Positions 58,582-64,000 of a stretch of 64,000 bases of DNA are shown piece by piece. The stretch comes from the human T2T-CHM13v2.0 reference genome, Homo sapiens, in the NCBI RefSeq assembly GCF_009914755.1, contig NC_060928.1; one strand, written 5' to 3'. A program made the position numbers and the translations under genes. The notes beneath the pieces were generated by a model. That model saw nothing but the letters and a program-made list of their open reading frames with translations, searched no databases and had not been told where the DNA came from. The stretch's first letter is position 1; every line of letters starts with the position of its first letter.

Positions 58582-58740
58582 CTTTAACAGAATCAGATGA
58601 ATGAATAGGTTTGGCAGATCTATACTGTGATGTGGAACCTATTGAACCTTCAACTGAACTAGTTAGGAGTGAGTGCACTGGAGACTTCTTAGGAGAAGAA
58701 TTGAATGAACGAGAAGCTGAGTTTTTCACAGATGGACTTG
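58582..58740 (-). CDS. CCDC158: CCDC158 coding exon (ASPSVKNSASRSFNSSPKKSPVHSLLTSS...SSDSVK)
   Basis: Minus-strand AG at 58742-58741, GTAAG donor from 58581; 159 nt, phase 1-1. Confidence 0.93.
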
Positions 58741-59089
58741 CTAAAAGTTTGCAAGAATAAAAGTAAAAGGACAGAATTAATTAAAAATAGCAAACTGCAC
58801 CTCTCAAAAAGTCAAGCTTTCATGAGAAAATGTTCCCAATGGTGGAGGGACAGGGGGACATTCTTCTAAATACCCAAGATTTGGGGTTGGAACTGAAAAG
58901 GGTTACGCCTTGGGAATAAGGGTGAACAGAAATTAGACCTGCCCTTGGGATCCTGAGGTCTAGCTTCAAATCCTCTTTCTAATGTGATTAAATTGACCTG
59001 GATGCCTTAGTTGTCTACCAAATGCAAGCATGAATGCTCCCTAGAGTAAGGTAATCTCATTCATAGCATGAAATCATCTGTACAACTTT

Positions 59090-59930
59090 TCATATATAAT
59101 ATGTCATACAATAAAAATAACCAGGCATATAAGGAGACAAGATGATATGGCAGAAAATCAAGAAGAAAAAAATATAAATAACGACATAGATCTATAGGGT
59201 CCAGATAATGGGCTTATCAGGCATAGACTTCCATAGATTCAAGCAGCATTACTTCAAACTCCAAGTGAATTCTTCTTATCTGCATGAAAAAATCATATCT
59301 GCACAAATGAATAAAAGCTGCTAAAACAAACCAATCAAAAACAAAAACAATCTTAAAGCAAAAGGGGAAAAAAGGAACAGACTATATTTAAATAAGCAAT
59401 AATTAAACTTACAGCTGACTTCTTAGTAGAAACAATGAAAGCTAGAAAACAATGGAAAGTGATATCTTCAAAGTGAAGAAAAAAATGCCAATCTAGAATT
59501 CTATACTCAGCAAAAATATTCTTCAAAAATTAGGATGAAATAAACACAATTTCAGAAAAACAAAAATGGAGAGAATTTATCACCAGCAGATTTACATTAA
59601 AAGAAGCTTTAAAGGCATAAGTAAAATGATACCAGAAAGTTAAGTGTAAATATGTGGGTATATCTAAATGAATATTAACTGTACAAAACAATACAAATAA
59701 TTAAATGTGGTATTCATATTTTTATAATTCATATTTTTAATTAAAATATATGACAATTGTATGAAAGTTGGAAGGATAGTGAATGCAGTTAATATATTCT
59801 AAGGTACTGCCAATGTATGAGAAAAGGTAAAAGCATTCATTTATATCAATATAATAAGGCAAGGATAAATGTTTTACTGTCCTGAGTAATCACTGAAACA
59901 ATAGTAAAAAACATATAAACGAAGTAAACC
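59090..59930 (+). mobile_element. Old L1ME-like ORF1-region fragment
   Basis: acagctgacttcttagtagaaacaatgaaagctagaaaacaatgg..tagaattctatactcagcaaaaatattcttc. Confidence 0.55.
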
Positions 59931-60069
59931 TGAAGGAATTAACTTCACATAAATGTTCTTTTCTTCAAAATATTAGTTCCTCAAAGATCTTCCCCAAGCC
60001 AAAGATTATTTAAAAATTAAGAATTTGCAATTATTTTATTTAAGAATATTACATTTTGATTATAAATAT

Positions 60070-60444
60070 AGTTACAATTAACAATGGGGATATGTTCTGA
60101 GAATTGCGTTGTTAGTTAATTTTGTCATTGTGCAACCATCATAGAGTATACTTTCACAAACCTAGATGGTATACAGGCTATATGGTATAGCTTATTGCTT
60201 CTAGGCTACAAACCTGTAGAGCATGTTACTGTACTGAATACTGTAGGCAACTGTAACATAATGGTAAGTATTTATTTATCTAAATATGTCCAAATATAGA
60301 AAAGGTAACACACTGTGGTATGACATTATGATAGCTACAACATCACCAGGTATCAGGAATTTTTCAGCTCTATTATAATCTTATGGGACCTCTGTTGTAT
60401 ATGACATGGTCATTGACCAAAACATTACGCAGCACATGACTGTA
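60070..60444. mobile_element. Tigger3/MER7-like DNA transposon
   Basis: atgttctgagaattgcgttgttag..aaacctagatggtata..gctacaaacctgta..gcacatgactgta. Confidence 0.75.
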
Positions 60445-61165
60445 TATTGACACGAAGAAAAACAATGAAAATTTATCTTTCTCCCATCTCTTTTTACCTT
60501 ACCTCAATTTTCTCTATTTACAATTTACAGTCCAGATTTATAACTACATTTTTGTTGAACAATCATCATCACAGTTTCATTCTTTCTCATTTATTTTGTT
60601 CTCTTCCATAGGAAGACCAATTACGTGTCTGTTGGTTTGCCTTTGCCTTCCAAATCTAACATATTCTGTATAATTATTTTTGGTCCTTATTTTTAAAAAT
60701 TCCTTTTGTGTAATTTTCTCCATGGCTATAATTTCAGTCACATCTATTTTATTTTTCATTTTCTAAAACTTTTTCCTCTGATGTTTTTAATCTTTCTCTT
60801 CCATTTCTAGTCTGAGTTATGCCACTTTGCTTATCAACAAATTGTGTTGACTTTCAATCTCTTCTTTCTGGAGCTTTTTAATTTTTAATGGAGATCATCT
60901 TATCTATAATTCTTTGGAAATTTTATGGAGAGCTGTCCATCTTGATTCTTCTGCTTTTCCTTTTGTCTATTCAATAAATATTTATTCAGCACCTGCTATG
61001 TGCCAGGAAGGCTCCAGGCACCTGGGATATATCCAGGAACCAAATGGCTAAAGACATCTGCCCTTGCACAGCTCTTGTCTCACAGGGGTGACACAGTATG
61101 TGAGAAGATGCTAAGAGTAACTGATAAAAGGAAGAAGGAGCACTGGAAGTGTGGGAAAATCGTGA

Positions 61166-61324
<159 letters not shown>

Positions 61325-61624
61325 TGAGGTGATGACAATTAAGTCCCACTGGGAAAGTGACACCTGGGCAAAGGCTTTAAAGGAGCTGAGGTTTTAGCAA
61401 CATAAGGGAACAGGGCATAAAAGCCCTAACATGGAAGCTGCCTGACGTGTTCAAGGAACAGTTTGAGAGTGGATAAAACAGAATGCATGAAAGAGGGAGT
61501 AGCAGGAAATGAGGCCAGAGAGTTAAAAAGGACTTGGAAGATACTGCAATGACTTTGGCTTTTACCCTCGTGGAAATGGGGAGACATTGTAGGGCCTATT
61601 TCTGTGCTTTCATTGGAAACTCAC

Positions 61625-61692
61625 CTGCAGATGTGAATGTGAAGCAACCAGAGGGATCTTCCCTGTCTCCTGCGTGTAATGTGACTGGCTCT
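61625..61692 (-). CDS. CCDC158: CCDC158 coding exon (REPVTLHAGDREDPSGCFTFTSA)
   Basis: Minus-strand acceptor ttccAG at 61694-61693, donor GTGAGT from 61624; 68 nt, phase 2-1, joins in frame to 58740. Confidence 0.9.
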
Positions 61693-62028
61693 CTGGAAGC
61701 ATAAGAATGGTAATGCAAGCATTCCATTTCACAAACACAGTACTAAGATTCATAGATAGAAGCAAGTGAACACAGGCAAATGTGATGGTTTAAAATATAA
61801 CCTCAAGATGGCAATCATAACCCTAAAGTCCTAAAATACTCTAAGAGGTAGGTTCAAAGTTGCATTATCTTTTTGTATTCAGAATCCATGAACATTTTAC
61901 AGAATGAAAATATATAATCTTCATTAGAAAATCCATTTTTGCATACTAATAGCTATAAAATCCACGTCATCTGTTCATGGATTCTAAGAGATGCAATCTT
62001 AATGACTCATTTAAAAATAAAGAAATTA

Positions 62029-62323
62029 GGTCGGGTGTGGTGGCTCACCCCTGTAATCCCAGCACTTTCGGAGGCTGACGCAGGTGGATCATGAGGTCAA
62101 GAGATAGAGACCATTTGGCCAACATGGTGAAACCCCGTCTCTACTAAAAATAAGAAAAATTAGCCGGGCGAGGTGGCGGGAACCTGTAGTCCCGGCTACT
62201 CAGGAGGCTGAGGCAGGAGAATGGCGTGAACCTAGGAGGCAGAGCTTGCAGTGAGCCGAGATCACGCCATTGCACTCCAGCCTGGGCGACAGGGAGAGAC
62301 TCTGTCTCAAATAAATAAATAAA
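62029..62323 (+). mobile_element. AluY/Sc SINE
   Basis: Full dimer with (TAAA)n tail. Confidence 0.92.
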
Positions 62324-63249
62324 TGACAATGACAACAACAACTCATAACATTAGTAGTATCAGTGTACAAAACTATAAGACATATAAGTTGAAGTAAACT
62401 ACATAGTTCTCTGTGAGTTGGGTACCAATATGAGAATATTATGGCAGCAGTTCTCAAAGTGGTTCCCTTTCAGGAGGTTTGTGAGGTCAAAACTACTTTC
62501 ATTATGATATCAGGTTGTTATTTGCTTTATAACTTTCAGTCTCTCACAAGTGTACAGTGGAGTTCTCCAGAAGCTCCATGATAGTTGATATGCATTTAAT
62601 CACAACAGATTAAATGCATAAGCAGATATGAGAATCTAGCTGTATTTTCTTAACCCAGTTACTGAAATGTAAAACATGTTTTCTCAATGACGTTTTGGAG
62701 CATATAGTTATTTTTCATAATAAAGAAAAAGTTATTTTTCATAATTTCAGAATAAAGAAGTATTACAGTACTTTCATTGCTGAAGGAAGCAGATTTTTCT
62801 AGTCATGAAGAAACTCTACTGCAGAGCTTTAATTATCTCAGGGAAGTAGCTTCTATTTGTCCCATGCCTAGGACTGGGCTCCATCCCCAGTAGCTCAGTG
62901 TGGGTACTCAGAGGCAGTAAGCAGTGGTCATAAACACGGGCTCAGGAGCCAGCTAAACCTGAGTTCAAACCTGAGCTCCACTGTTTTCAAGCAGTATGAC
63001 TTTGACAAGTTGCTATGCAATCTGAGTCTTCATTTCTAAGGGAAAATAATGTTTCCCTCATACATGAGATTAGACTAATGAGACAAGTCTAAATCAACTG
63101 GAAAATAAGAATTTTTATTAAGAATAAAAATATAAGAATAAAACATATGCAGTTGATAGTTGTGGTTATTAATAGGTATGATATAGTATCATATACCCAG
63201 GTGAGACGGAAATAAAAACAACATTTCTTTTAGGCTACAAGAAAGATTT

Positions 63250-63594
63250 ACACTTGGCTAGTCTGCATCCATGGGTTCTGCAATCACAGATTCAACCAAA
63301 TGTGAATTGAAAATACTTGGGGAAAAAAAAGATGGTTGCATCTATACTGAACATGTACAGGCCTTTTTTCTTGTCATTATTCCCTAAACTATACAATATA
63401 ACAACTATTTACATAGCATTTACATTATATTAGGTATTATAAGTAATCTAAGAATGGTTTAAAGAATATGGGAAGATGTGTGTAGGTCATATGCAAATAC
63501 TATGCCATTTTATATAAGGGACTTGAGCATCTGTAAATTTTAGTCTCTGCAGGGGTCCTGGAACAAATCCCCCATGGATACCAAGGGACAACTG
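63250..63594 (-). mobile_element. MER2 (Tigger-family) element
   Basis: Ends gtcctggaacaaatcccccatggataccaagggacaactg, the reverse complement of the MER2 terminus. Confidence 0.75.
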
Positions 63595-64000
63595 TGTTTA
63601 GAAAGATTCAAATTCACTGTATTTTGATCAGGCAGCAGAGACAGTATGAAAATATTTATAATACTATCTTCATCCATTCACTAAACAAATATTTACTGAA
63701 TGGCTACTAGGTGGCAGTCATTATGCTTGGTGCTGAAGATACAGCAATGAATTAGCCCCTATTCTAACTAGATCTTAACAGTAGAATTCACATTCATAAT
63801 TGTTAATATATATAGAGGGCTCGGATATCTCTGTCTATTTAGGTGGTGAAAACAGAAAAGACAAAAGTAAGTTTTTCCAGGCAGTCCGTCAAAAGACAGA
63901 CTTCACGATTGTAAGCAACTTGAGGACAGAGCCCATATCTGTCTTGCTCACTATATTCTAAGGGTCTACTGCAGTGCATGGCACATTACAGACAGTTAAA

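Overview
Human (primate) genomic DNA that I recognise, from the encoded proteins, as the FAM47E-STBD1-CCDC158 locus on 4q21.1. It holds the last five coding exons of FAM47E (+), the complete two-exon STBD1 gene with its CpG-island promoter (+), and the last four coding exons of CCDC158 (-), converging on STBD1. Most of the rest is interspersed repeat: two near full-length degenerate L1s, many Alus (two Alu-in-Alu nestings), an antisense ERVK-class solo LTR, a two-LTR MaLR provirus, an ERV-L pol/dUTPase relic, and MER, MIR and L2 fragments. Most ORFs in the supplied track are repeat-derived or spurious. The main anomaly is that the STBD1 initiation codon reads ATC, not ATG (39488-39490, context GCC-ATC-G), while the rest of the 358-codon frame is intact, so this is an apparent start-loss allele. 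The same base lies in a second, +1 reading frame entered through a splice acceptor at 39460-39461, which is the FAM47E-STBD1 read-through frame. Gene names and repeat subfamilies come from recall, not from database searches.
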